Source: a virus
Taxonomy: Duplodnaviria > Heunggongvirae > Uroviricota > Caudoviricetes
Strand: one strand, 5' to 3'
IMG/VR virus record: IMGVR_UViG_3300032335_000499
DNA length: 64,000 bases
Shown here one piece after another: positions 1 to 9,975 of the stretch (position 1 is its first letter; every line of letters begins with the position of its first letter). Under the pieces are notes generated by a model that worked only from the letters and a program-made list of their open reading frames with translations, was not told the origin of the DNA and did no database searches. Position numbers and translations under genes: made by a program.

Positions 1-407
1 CACCCACTGGCTGGACTAAAGTAACATCTAATGATGATGCTGCATTGAGAGTGGTTTCGGGCGCAGCAGGCAGCGGAGGAACAGTAGGATTTACTACTGC
101 ATTCAGTGCAACATCAGTTTCAGGAACTACAGGAAGTACCTCACTTTCAGAAGCACAACTGCCAATTCACCGACACTTTGTATCTACTAACGTAGTTAAC
201 GGTGGCGCACCTTCTTCGGTTAACTCATTAGTTCGTCAACGAACTACTGCCGGGGATAGCGATTATTACTTAGAGGGTACTTCAGCCGAACCTTCAGTAT
301 TGCGGTCTAGCGCAACGGGTTCAGGAGCAGGACACGATCACACATTTTCTGGTAGCCTTAACTTAGCAGTTAAATATGTAGACGTTATTATAGCGCAGAA
401 AGTTTAA
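1..407 (+). CDS. Tail fibre protein, C-terminal part (5' truncated by window)
   Basis: Frame is open from nt 3 (PTGWTKVTSNDDAALRVVSG). Gly/Ser/Thr-rich, with collar-like LSEAQLPIHRH and GHDHTF HxH motifs. Confidence 0.7.
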   Translation, partial: PTGWTKVTSNDDAALRVVSGAAGSGGTVGFTTAFSATSVSGTTGSTSLSEAQLPIHRHFVSTNVVNGGAPSSVNSLVRQRTTAGDSDYYLEGTSAEPSVLRSSATGSGAGHDHTFSGSLNLAVKYVDVIIAQKV

Positions 408-414
408 GGTTGGT

Positions 415-732
415 ATGAAACTAGAGCCAGGTAAATACTGCCCGCTCATTAAAAAAGATTGCATAGGCTTACAGTGTTCTTGGTTTATGTTAGTTAGGGG
501 TAAGAATCCCCAAACAGGGCAAGATATTGATGAATGGGGGTGTGCTGTGACATGGCTCCCTGTTCTATTAATAGAAAACAGTCAACAGCAGCGCCAAACT
601 GGTGCAGCAGTTGAAAGTTTTAGAAACGAAGTGGTAAAAAGTGCAGAAGACGTAGCTCAGCGTATGTTACAAAGCACTGAACCAAACGTGATACAAATTT
701 TTGGCGGTCAAAGCAACCCGCAGTTGCCTTGA
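415..732 (+). CDS. Cys-rich phage protein of unknown function
   Basis: CPLIKKDCIGLQCSWF...WGCAV, then QTGAAVESFRNE; directly follows the fibre gene. Confidence 0.6.
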   Translation: MKLEPGKYCPLIKKDCIGLQCSWFMLVRGKNPQTGQDIDEWGCAVTWLPVLLIENSQQQRQTGAAVESFRNEVVKSAEDVAQRMLQSTEPNVIQIFGGQSNPQLP

Positions 733-781
733 CGGATAATGGTATTATAATGATAAATAAAATTAACGGAGTGATTTAGAA

Positions 782-2011
782 ATGGCATATACGATTGTAA
801 AAAGTGATGGTAATGTTTTAACTACCATCCCTGATGGTACAATAAACACAACTAGTACCTCGTTAGGTCTACCCGGTCGCAACTATGCAGGATATGGTCA
901 GGCACTTGATACTAACTTTGTCCATCTGACGGAAAATTTTGCGGATAGCACTGTTCCGCCAAATCCTCTTAGAGGTCAGCTTTGGTGTGATACTAGCGGC
1001 GGCACAGTAGTTATGAAAGTTTGCCCAGCAGACGGCACTACTAATGCTCTTGCATGGTTGACTTTAGCTGCCACTAGCTCAGGCAACGCAACTTCATTCG
1101 GCGCACTTACAGTAACCGGAAACATTACAGCTAACAACATTACAGTCACAAACGAAATTTCAGCAAACTTAGGCACTCTAAGCTTTTTAACTGTTTCAGC
1201 TAATGCTAATATTGCAAATGCTAATATTACTTCAGCAACAATAGGAACTACAACAACTACCGCAATTACTACTGGTTCGTCATCGACTGCCGGTACAATG
1301 ACCGGTGTTTGGACTCACACAGGTTCAGGTACTGCTAATAGTATTAACGGAACTTCAATGTGGGTAACTGGTGGTAACTTAGTAATCACTGGTTCAGGAA
1401 ATATTGGTATCAGAACTGATTATTATTACTACGCAAATGGTTCACCAATCTCGTTTGCAGGTACATATAGCAATACTAACGTTGCATCTTATCTAGCAAC
1501 AGCAAATATTCCAATTTTAACCACTACTACTCAGGCTACTACCCTAACAACCGGTGCTTCTGGCACTGCCGGCACTATCACTGGTAACTGGACACTATCC
1601 GCTAGCTCACGCCTCAACGCTACTTACGCTGACCTTGCAGAACGCTTTGCAGCCGATGATGTATATGATGCAGGTACTGTTGTTCAGCTTGGTGGCACAG
1701 ACGAAATCACTGCTGTTCAATATGAACTTTCAGAAGATGTATTTGGTGTTATCTCTGATACTGCTGCATATTTGATGAATGCGGGAGCAGGTAATGATAC
1801 AACTCACCCGCCGGTCGCAGTATCTGGTCGTGTGCAAGTTAAAGTTACCGGAATTGTTAAAAAAGGTGATCGCCTTGTTAGTGCAGGTAACGGCATTGCT
1901 CGTGCTGCTGGAGCCGGCGAAGCAACACATTTCAATGTCATTGGTAGAGCGTTAGAAGACAAAAATGGTGATGGCATAGGCTCTGTGGAAGCCTTCGTAT
2001 CAATTAAATAA
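782..2011 (+). CDS. Virion structural/tail protein with C-terminal intramolecular-chaperone (peptidase G2-like) domain
   Basis: N-terminal GRNYAGYG...ENFA...PLRGQLW motif, Thr/Gly-rich body, C-terminal YADLAERF...GTVVQLGG...GRVQVKVTG. Confidence 0.7.
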   Translation: MAYTIVKSDGNVLTTIPDGTINTTSTSLGLPGRNYAGYGQALDTNFVHLTENFADSTVPPNPLRGQLWCDTSGGTVVMKVCPADGTTNALAWLTLAATSSGNATSFGALTVTGNITANNITVTNEISANLGTLSFLTVSANANIANANITSATIGTTTTTAITTGSSSTAGTMTGVWTHTGSGTANSINGTSMWVTGGNLVITGSGNIGIRTDYYYYANGSPISFAGTYSNTNVASYLATANIPILTTTTQATTLTTGASGTAGTITGNWTLSASSRLNATYADLAERFAADDVYDAGTVVQLGGTDEITAVQYELSEDVFGVISDTAAYLMNAGAGNDTTHPPVAVSGRVQVKVTGIVKKGDRLVSAGNGIARAAGAGEATHFNVIGRALEDKNGDGIGSVEAFVSIK

Positions 2012-2024
2012 TAAGGGAATAACG

Positions 2025-2975
2025 ATGAGTTACGCACAATTTGGTACAGTACAAGCTACTGACTTCAATACACTAGTTGGAGGTAACCCCACTACCACAT
2101 CAGGCACATTGAATGCTGTATGGGCAACAGGTGGCGGCGCATTTGGTTATGGTCAGACTGCATTAGCAAACGTTACTGTTGGTCAATCAGTTGCAGCAAC
2201 CGGACAATGGGCAACGCTAGTTGCTAATACTGCAAGTGCTGCAACTCACCAAGGATCATCAATCACTGCTGTTTCCGCCCCGGTTGCAGGTGGTACTATT
2301 ACATATATTTCAGCTATTCCTACTAACTTAACGACAATCTCTACTAACAAATTGAATGCAGCTACCCAAGGTTCTACAGCTACGAACACTGCAACGTTTG
2401 GTTCAACTTGGTCATCAGCACTAACATTTACTCATACTGCAACGTTTGCTAACGGTGATGCTGCCCGGTACTTCTTTAATTCAGGTGGTCAACTTAAGTT
2501 AACATTTGCTCAACCAACCGGTACGGCAATGGCTAATGCATATAATACATTAGCCGGAGCATGCGGTACGCTAGTAGTATCAGCACCTTCTTCGGGTACA
2601 ATCACTGTTGCCGGCACTTCATATAGTGGCTTCATAAAAATCGGAGGAAGCGGTTCTCCTTCTCCGTACGCTACTAACACTGGTTATTATGCATTAACTA
2701 CATCAAACGCTAACGTGTTCCTACAAACAACCGGTACTCCAGCAGGGTACACGACATCGTTTATTAACGTACTCGTTAAATCAAATGGTACTCAAGGTTC
2801 TAATGGTGATGCCGGCTCAGTAATTACTATCTATTCTGTATGGGATGAAATTCCAAACGGACTTACTGTTACTGCAGGATCTGCTGTCACACTGACCGCT
2901 CAGGCACCCGAATCAACAAACATAGCTAATACTTGGGGCACAATCACCTTAGCCGGTACCGTATCAGGCTCTTAA
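2025..2975 (+). CDS. Virion structural protein (Thr/Gly/Ala-rich)
   Basis: Composition, ARYFFNSGG motif and position among tail genes. Confidence 0.6.
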   Translation: MSYAQFGTVQATDFNTLVGGNPTTTSGTLNAVWATGGGAFGYGQTALANVTVGQSVAATGQWATLVANTASAATHQGSSITAVSAPVAGGTITYISAIPTNLTTISTNKLNAATQGSTATNTATFGSTWSSALTFTHTATFANGDAARYFFNSGGQLKLTFAQPTGTAMANAYNTLAGACGTLVVSAPSSGTITVAGTSYSGFIKIGGSGSPSPYATNTGYYALTTSNANVFLQTTGTPAGYTTSFINVLVKSNGTQGSNGDAGSVITIYSVWDEIPNGLTVTAGSAVTLTAQAPESTNIANTWGTITLAGTVSGS

Positions 2976-3020
2976 TTTTTTATAACCCTATAGTATCCAT
3001 CTAAATACTTCTAGGAGTAC

Positions 3021-3338
3021 ATGATGGATACTAAGACCTTAATTACCGAAGCAAAAGCTCGTTTTGCTCACAACTCAGCAAAAGATTATCTAAAAGAAAA
3101 GTACAACGCTAAACTGTTAGTAGCAGAGCAGGGCGGTCTATGGCGCGCTGATCAAGAAACTATTGCATTTTTAACAGTAATGCCGAACGGCGGGGACGAT
3201 AAACTTATTCTTATGGATACCTTTGATAACCCAGTGTTAGTAGACCGCAGTGAGCTATTAACTAAATTGAAAGATGTTTATAATAGTGTCATGGCGGAAT
3301 GGTACAATGAGTGGAAAGAGCTAGAAAGCAAAAGATGA
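3021..3338 (+). CDS. Hypothetical protein, possible tail-fibre assembly chaperone
   Basis: AGGAG RBS and upstream CTAAATA. GGLWRADQE...DNPVLV weakly resembles fibre chaperones. Confidence 0.4.
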   Translation: MMDTKTLITEAKARFAHNSAKDYLKEKYNAKLLVAEQGGLWRADQETIAFLTVMPNGGDDKLILMDTFDNPVLVDRSELLTKLKDVYNSVMAEWYNEWKELESKR

Positions 3339-4147
3339 CCCGCGGTGTAATAATATTTGCCTTCAATAGTCACAAATATAACTATTATGAAATGGCTAAA
3401 CACGCAGCAAGTCGTGCTAAGCATTTCTTAAATCTACCAGTAACACTTGTGACAGATGAAGACTCCATGCCACCTGGAGAATATGAACACTGGGATAAAG
3501 TAGTAAAGATTAATCCAGACAAGAACAATGTGCGTGACTGGGGTCAATGGATTAATAAAGGCAGATATTTGGCTTATGATTTGAGTCCATATGATGAAAC
3601 TATTCTTATTGACGCTGACTATGTAATCAACTCAGACAAACTATTGAAGACATTTGACATTTACGATGACTTTTGTTGTCATGATAGTGTACGATTTTTT
3701 ATGCGTCAGGGTAATTTTCCCGAGCCACTCAGTCCTAATAGCTATGATGACATTCTGTGGGCAACAGTTATTACTTTTAAGAAAACTGAACGGGCAAAGC
3801 AAATCTTTGAATGTTTGGAAATGATACAGAAGAACTATGAACACTACGAACACATTCATGGGTTCTTGAATGCCGGATTTAGAAATGACTATGCATTGAC
3901 TCTTGCACTAAGAATTGTTAACGGTCATACTGATAACCCTAAAGATTTCATTCCGTGGAATCTAATGCATGTGGGAACAAATACTACAATTTATCCTAAC
4001 AACGAAGGTGAGTTCAATACTGAATACACAATCATGTTTGACAATTGGCAAAAACTCAAAATCAAAAAAGAGTATAATGTTATTAAAGACATGGACTTCC
4101 ATCTGATTAACAAGGATCTTTATGCAAGGATTATTGACAATGGATAA
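3335..4147 (+). CDS. GT-A fold glycosyltransferase-like protein (GT8-like)
   Basis: RGVIIFA start, SPYDETILIDADY with DxD motif, late ND and H motifs. ATG overlaps the upstream stop. Confidence 0.6.
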   Translation: MTRGVIIFAFNSHKYNYYEMAKHAASRAKHFLNLPVTLVTDEDSMPPGEYEHWDKVVKINPDKNNVRDWGQWINKGRYLAYDLSPYDETILIDADYVINSDKLLKTFDIYDDFCCHDSVRFFMRQGNFPEPLSPNSYDDILWATVITFKKTERAKQIFECLEMIQKNYEHYEHIHGFLNAGFRNDYALTLALRIVNGHTDNPKDFIPWNLMHVGTNTTIYPNNEGEFNTEYTIMFDNWQKLKIKKEYNVIKDMDFHLINKDLYARIIDNG

Positions 4148-4898
4148 GGGTTTTGTAATTATGGCGCAGGGTGATGACTATGTTACTTGTGCTAAAGCAT
4201 TAGAGCTTAGTATAAAGCGAACAATGCCAGATGCAAATGTAACTATCATTACTACTGAAATGCTTCCGCACGGGGATCAAGCTCCGGACCTCATTTGGAA
4301 ACTACAGAATGATTGGCAAGTATATGAAGCATCTCCGTATGAATATACTATCAAGCTTGAAGCAGATATGTATCTCCCTCAATCAATTGATTATTACTGG
4401 GATGTGTTGAAGGAACGGGACATAGTAGTGTCTACTAACATTCGTAACTTTAGGCAGGATATTAGTGATGTTCGTTATTATCGCAGATTTATTGATGACA
4501 ACAACCTCCCCGATACATATAACGCCATTACATATTTCAAAAAGAGCGAACTAGCTGAGAAGTTTTTCAATATTGTACGTGATGTATTTGAGAATTGGGA
4601 AGAGTATAAGCGTATCTTAAAGTGTAAAGTTGATGAACTTTGTACAACTGACTGGGCATATGCTATTGCTGCACATATATTAGGTGCCGAGAACACAACT
4701 ATGCCTCAATTTGATTCAATGACAATGGTTCATATGAAACAGTTTATCAATGGTTCTGCTACTGAAAACTGGACTGATTCGTTGATTCATGAACTGTTTC
4801 CCCATACTTTCCGTATCAATACTATCCCACAAGTGTATCCGGTACACTATCATATAAAGAATTTTGCTAACGTAATATTGGAGAAGTTCGGTGAGTGA
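4140..4898 (+). CDS. Glycosyltransferase-like paralogue (GT8-like)
   Basis: KGFVIMA start, SPYEYTIKLEADM; paralogous to the preceding gene. Confidence 0.55.
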   Translation: MDKGFVIMAQGDDYVTCAKALELSIKRTMPDANVTIITTEMLPHGDQAPDLIWKLQNDWQVYEASPYEYTIKLEADMYLPQSIDYYWDVLKERDIVVSTNIRNFRQDISDVRYYRRFIDDNNLPDTYNAITYFKKSELAEKFFNIVRDVFENWEEYKRILKCKVDELCTTDWAYAIAAHILGAENTTMPQFDSMTMVHMKQFINGSATENWTDSLIHELFPHTFRINTIPQVYPVHYHIKNFANVILEKFGE

Positions 4899-5220
4899 TG
4901 AAGAAGAATATGTAATTGTTTGGGAAGCCCCAGAAATTGTTAAGCCGGAGTTTCGCCTTTACTATGATAAGCGTGGAAGCGTATTATTTTATACTTGTGA
5001 GAAGCCGGAAGGCGATTATATTGTAATTGATGCACTGACTTACGCAGAGTCTAGACCTGATATCAAGGTAGTAGACGGAAGAATTGTTAGAGGCGGTGCT
5101 AGTACACTAAGTTCTAGGCTACATAAAAGCACTGAAGGCACTCTATGCGAAGCTGAAGATGTTAGTATTATTACTGAAGCTAGTGGGCAATACTGGAAGT
5201 TGAAAACGGTCAGTTTATAA
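4891..5220 (+). CDS. Hypothetical protein
   Basis: ORF overlapping the upstream gene, GTG start. Confidence 0.55.
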   Translation: MSDEEEYVIVWEAPEIVKPEFRLYYDKRGSVLFYTCEKPEGDYIVIDALTYAESRPDIKVVDGRIVRGGASTLSSRLHKSTEGTLCEAEDVSIITEASGQYWKLKTVSL

Positions 5221-5242
5221 TTTATAGGGGGTAGTTTCTCCC

Positions 5243-5250
5243 TATAAATA
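5243..5250 (+). promoter_or_regulatory. T4-type late promoter TATAAATA
   Basis: Exact motif inside the TTTATAGGG/CCCTATAAA hairpin, with ATG 5 nt downstream. Variants at 752, 3000, 16621, 22711, 27911, 28241, 35148, 40211, 40972, 42697, 43447, 45013 and 47096. Confidence 0.7.
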
Positions 5251-5255
5251 TATGC

Positions 5256-6200
5256 ATGGACGACATTATTGATATTGCAGACTTGGATTGTATCTATCTA
5301 AGCTACGACGAACCTCAAAAAGAGGAATTCTGGTTAAAGATTAAGAACATGGTTCCCTGGGCTGTCAGAGTAGACGGCGTTAAGGGAAGCGATGCTGCAC
5401 ACAAAGCAGCAGGAGAAGCATCTACTACAGAACGCTTCATTCTCATTGACGGCGACAACATGCCCGATGAGAACTTCTTTAATCTACAACTAGACTTTAC
5501 AGACAAAGACCCTAATTACAAATTAGCGCAGTATCGTTGGAAAGCAGTTAATGCTATCAACGGACTACGCTATGGCAACGGAGGAATGTCGTCCTGGACA
5601 AAAACCTACGTTGCCAACATGAAGACCCATGAGACAAGTACCGGAAGCGATGCTACTGCCGTTGATTTCTGCATGGATTCTTCCGATAATCTATACTGGG
5701 CAATGCACGACTGCTACTCTACAACGTATCCTAACTACACTCCCTTCCAGGCGTGGAGAGCAGGATTCCGTGAAGGTGTCAAGATGGTACTTGATCGGGG
5801 TGCAAAGCCCAGTATAGATGACTTTAAAGAACGGGTTGCTTCACGCAATCTAAACAATCTCACTATTTGGCACAACGTCGGCGCTGATGTAGAGAACGGT
5901 CATTGGGCTATATATGGTGCTAGACTTGGCACGTATATGACTATGCTTACTGATTGGAACTATACTGATGTCATGTGGTTTGACAACTTCCCTGTATTGT
6001 GGGAAGAGCATAAAAGCGGAGATCCATTAATGGGATCAGAGATGTTGGGAGATGAATTAGCAGCTAAACTAGGGTTGCCCATGTGTATTCTTAATCCTGA
6101 ACAGTCAAAGTTCTTTAAGCGTCACTATAACGCAGACAAACATAATCAAGGTCCATTAGTTAAAGAGATGGATGTTATTCGTAAGATTGAGGGCTGGTAA
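5256..6200 (+). CDS. GT-A-like glycosyltransferase domain protein
   Basis: YLSYDEP, RVDGVKGSDAAHKAA, FILIDGDN (DxD), QAWRAGFRE. Homologous to the C-terminus of 22725..27062. Confidence 0.55.
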   Translation: MDDIIDIADLDCIYLSYDEPQKEEFWLKIKNMVPWAVRVDGVKGSDAAHKAAGEASTTERFILIDGDNMPDENFFNLQLDFTDKDPNYKLAQYRWKAVNAINGLRYGNGGMSSWTKTYVANMKTHETSTGSDATAVDFCMDSSDNLYWAMHDCYSTTYPNYTPFQAWRAGFREGVKMVLDRGAKPSIDDFKERVASRNLNNLTIWHNVGADVENGHWAIYGARLGTYMTMLTDWNYTDVMWFDNFPVLWEEHKSGDPLMGSEMLGDELAAKLGLPMCILNPEQSKFFKRHYNADKHNQGPLVKEMDVIRKIEGW

Positions 6201-7598
6201 TTGTCAGAATCAGAAACAGATAGAATTAAAAGAATCCGTGACTTCATTGACGTAAACGCTACGCCAACATTTTGTTTGGCTAAATGGCAGCATGTTACAA
6301 TGTATCTACAGACAGGTGAGACGCATAGTTGCTATCACCCAAAGCCTCACAAGATTCCTTTAGCCGAGTTAAAAGATAACCCAAGCGCATTGCATAATAC
6401 AATGCACAAGAAGCTTGAGCGTAAAGAAATGCTTGAGGGTAAGAAGCCCGAAGGTTGTCAGTACTGCTGGAACATTGAAGCAATGGGCCCTGATTACATC
6501 AGTGACAGACATATTCGCAACGCAAGTATTTTTACAAAGGAACGTTATGAACAAGCCGCAAAGGGACCCTGGGACCAAAACATCAACCCAGAGTATTTGG
6601 AAATTAATTTTGGTAACGAGTGTAATTTTAAATGCGGCTATTGCCATCCGAAATATAGTACAAAGTTCTACAAAGAAATAGAACAGTTTGGTCCCGTTGA
6701 AAATGTAAAGAACCATCGCTGCGATGTTGACTGGATGAAGTTATTTCAGCGTGAAGAAGAAAACCCTTACGTTGATGCATTCTGGGAGTGGTGGCCTGAG
6801 CTACGCAAGACACTAAACATCATGCGTGTTACTGGTGGCGAACCTACACTGCATAAGAGTACATGGCAACTGTTAGACAAAATTGATGAAGAGCCTATGC
6901 CTTGGCTTGAGCTTAACATCAACAGCAACCTAGGCACTAAGAATATTCTTATTGATCGCCTTGCGGTTAAGGTTAGAAAACTACAAGACGAGGGCAAGAT
7001 TAGAACATTCAAGCTGTTTACTTCAATGGATACATGGGGCGAACGGGCTGAGTATATCCGTTCGGGTCTTGAATTAGAGCTATGGGAAAAGAACTTCCAC
7101 ACTTACGTAAGTAAATCTAATAGCCCTATCACGTTTATGATTACGTTTAACATCTTCTCAGTAACCACGTTCAAGAGCTTGTTAGAAAAATTTCTAGAGT
7201 GGCGCAGACAATACGGCTGGGACGAAGAACGTAAGCAGCATATCATTCGTTTTGATACGCCATACTTACGTGACCCAATTCAGTATGATATGAATATTCT
7301 TCCTAAAGAAGAATTCATGCCCTATATGCATGATGCATTAAAGTTTATGGAAGACAATCTTGATGACACTCGTGCAGATGCCTTCAGCACAATTGAATAC
7401 GAAAAATTCAAGAGAGTTGTTGACTATATGGCAGAAACAGTGTATAGTGATGAAAAGCTAATTGAAGGTCGTAGAGACTTTTACAACTGGTTCAATGAAC
7501 TAGACGATAGACGAGAGACAGATATGTTATCTGTCTTTCCAGAAATGATGGATTTTTATAGGTTATGTCAAGAAGTGAATTTGGTTAATCCACTATGA
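6201..7598 (+). CDS. Radical SAM protein with N-terminal twitch domain
   Basis: CNFKCGYC, TGGEP, N-terminal FCLAKW...SCYH...CQYC. Confidence 0.9.
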   Translation: MSESETDRIKRIRDFIDVNATPTFCLAKWQHVTMYLQTGETHSCYHPKPHKIPLAELKDNPSALHNTMHKKLERKEMLEGKKPEGCQYCWNIEAMGPDYISDRHIRNASIFTKERYEQAAKGPWDQNINPEYLEINFGNECNFKCGYCHPKYSTKFYKEIEQFGPVENVKNHRCDVDWMKLFQREEENPYVDAFWEWWPELRKTLNIMRVTGGEPTLHKSTWQLLDKIDEEPMPWLELNINSNLGTKNILIDRLAVKVRKLQDEGKIRTFKLFTSMDTWGERAEYIRSGLELELWEKNFHTYVSKSNSPITFMITFNIFSVTTFKSLLEKFLEWRRQYGWDEERKQHIIRFDTPYLRDPIQYDMNILPKEEFMPYMHDALKFMEDNLDDTRADAFSTIEYEKFKRVVDYMAETVYSDEKLIEGRRDFYNWFNELDDRRETDMLSVFPEMMDFYRLCQEVNLVNPL

Positions 7599-8782
7599 AT
7601 AAAGATTTCTTATTGAATGATAGTGAAACATTTTGCATGTTGCCATGGATTCATATGATGATGATTCCAAATGGTAACATGTATCCTTGTTGCGTGTCCC
7701 CAATTCAATTTGAAACAGATGATGTTAATAATTATGGTACTATTAACGATGATTTTGCTGTAACGATTAACAATGAAAAGTTTAAGCAACTTAGACTTAA
7801 TATGCTCAACGAGGTAAAAACACCTACTTGCGAATTATGTTATAGAAACCCAGCTGGATATACGTTACGCGGCGAAATGAACCGAACGTTTGAACATGTA
7901 TTTGATGAAACTGTTCCTTTAACTAAAGAAGACGGTAGCATTGATAACTTCAAAATGCGTTATGTAGATTTCAGATTTAGTAATGTATGTAATTTCAAAT
8001 GCAGAATGTGTGGACCTGCGTATAGTTCATCGTGGCCTGAACTGCACACAAGCGGAAAACCTAGATTAGTTAAACCCGCTGACGATGCAAAGGCGCTCGA
8101 AAAATTGTTAGAGCATATTGACTACATCGAAGATATCTATTTTGCAGGTGGTGAACCACTGATGATGGATGAGCATTACATTGTACTAGAAGAATTGATA
8201 CGTCGAGGAAAGACACATGTTAACTTGCGATATAGTACTAACGCAAGCAAACTAACGCATCGCGGCACCAACGTTATTGATATGTGGAAACAATTTGATT
8301 CAGTACGCATAGCAGCAAGTATAGATCACTACGGAGAACGTGCTGAATACATCAGAACCGGCACTGATTGGGGAACAGTAGAAACTAACTTAAAATTCAT
8401 TCAACAATTACCAAATATATATTTTAGTATTAACAACACCGTTACTGTATATAACTATCTTACCCTTAATAAGTTCTACGAGTATATGATTAATAAGGGA
8501 TTACTGAGTAAGGAAACAATTAACAATCATATTTCTCATCATCTATGCTATGGTCCCCCGCATACTACTCCAATGATATTGCCTAAACATCTTAAGGATA
8601 TTGGTACTATTGCTAATAGTAAGTTGCCAATAGACTTATCAGACCACATTAATATAGTAAACGCAGAAGATATTTGGGAAGCTAATAAAGAAAATTTTCA
8701 GCATACTACTAGGTTGATAGACAACGCACGAGGAGAAAGCTTCGTAAAGATATTCCCAGAATTAGCGGAGATGATGGAATGA
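7595..8782 (+). CDS. Radical SAM protein with N-terminal twitch domain
   Basis: FCMLPW...PCC...CELC; CNFKCRMC; AGGEP. Confidence 0.9.
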   Translation: MNKDFLLNDSETFCMLPWIHMMMIPNGNMYPCCVSPIQFETDDVNNYGTINDDFAVTINNEKFKQLRLNMLNEVKTPTCELCYRNPAGYTLRGEMNRTFEHVFDETVPLTKEDGSIDNFKMRYVDFRFSNVCNFKCRMCGPAYSSSWPELHTSGKPRLVKPADDAKALEKLLEHIDYIEDIYFAGGEPLMMDEHYIVLEELIRRGKTHVNLRYSTNASKLTHRGTNVIDMWKQFDSVRIAASIDHYGERAEYIRTGTDWGTVETNLKFIQQLPNIYFSINNTVTVYNYLTLNKFYEYMINKGLLSKETINNHISHHLCYGPPHTTPMILPKHLKDIGTIANSKLPIDLSDHINIVNAEDIWEANKENFQHTTRLIDNARGESFVKIFPELAEMME

Positions 8783-9975
8783 AAAATAACTTCTGTATTT
8801 TGCCTTGGATACATATGCATATCTGGCCTAATGGGTCAGTATATCCTTGCTGTATGAGCGATACCGATCAAGCATTGGGTAACATCAATGATATGCCTAT
8901 CGATGAGGTAATCAATAGCGAAGAATTCAAAACGCTACGCAAGCAGTTTATGAATGATGAGAAGCCGGACATGTGTACACGATGCTTTGAGCTTGAAGAC
9001 ACTGCTGACACATGGACGCTACGTAAGAGCAGCTTAGAGACATTCAAACACTACCTGCCATTAGCAGAAGATACACAAGAAGACGGGACCATTGACGATT
9101 TCAAAATGCGTTACATGGACATTCGTTTTAGCAATCTATGCAACATGAAGTGCAGAACTTGCGGACCTGAATTAAGCAGCAAGTGGTATGACGATCAGAT
9201 TAAGTTGTTCCCTGGCTATGAGCGTCCTAAGTTCATTGACGTAAACAGTGCTGATGACTTTATGGGCAAACTAAAGCTACATTTAGATACAGTAGAAGAA
9301 GTTTATTTTGCTGGCGGCGAAGTATTAATTACTCCCCAGCATTATGAAGTGTTAGACTATTGGCTTGAGCGCAATCGTGATGACGTAAGACTACGTTACA
9401 CAACGAACTTTAGTAACTTGCGCCACAAGAAACGTTCAATGCTTGAATACTGGAAACTATTTAAAGATGTAAGAGTAGCAGCAAGCCTAGATACATTCGG
9501 TGAACGTGCAGAATATAGTCGTTTTGGCACAAATTGGAACGAGATTGTTGCTAATAGAAAAGAAATGATTGAATCTTGTCCCAATACTTACTTTGAATTA
9601 ACTCCTACTATTAGTATCTTTAGCGTATATAATCTATTTGAGTTTCATAAGACATGGGTAGAAGAAGGCTTATTAGACATTAACCATATTCGCATTAATA
9701 TATTGACACACCCTAGATATTTCTCTATGACTATTCTTCCGAAAGAATTAAAGGATAAAATCGCAGGGATATATAAAGAGTATGTTAAATGGTTGCGAGA
9801 AAATAATGCCTGGCGACATATTATCAAGGACGTTGAAGGGATTGTCGAACACATGTATAGTGCTGACCATTCGAATTTGATTCCAGATTTTATCAAGCAT
9901 GTTGAAGCTATTGACAATGTTCGCAATGAGAAATTTACAGAGATTTACCCGGAGTATAAAGACTTATGGACCTAA
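8779..9975 (+). CDS. Radical SAM protein with N-terminal twitch domain
   Basis: FCILPW...PCC...CTRC; CNMKCRTC; AGGEV. Confidence 0.9.
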   Translation: MKNNFCILPWIHMHIWPNGSVYPCCMSDTDQALGNINDMPIDEVINSEEFKTLRKQFMNDEKPDMCTRCFELEDTADTWTLRKSSLETFKHYLPLAEDTQEDGTIDDFKMRYMDIRFSNLCNMKCRTCGPELSSKWYDDQIKLFPGYERPKFIDVNSADDFMGKLKLHLDTVEEVYFAGGEVLITPQHYEVLDYWLERNRDDVRLRYTTNFSNLRHKKRSMLEYWKLFKDVRVAASLDTFGERAEYSRFGTNWNEIVANRKEMIESCPNTYFELTPTISIFSVYNLFEFHKTWVEEGLLDINHIRINILTHPRYFSMTILPKELKDKIAGIYKEYVKWLRENNAWRHIIKDVEGIVEHMYSADHSNLIPDFIKHVEAIDNVRNEKFTEIYPEYKDLWT

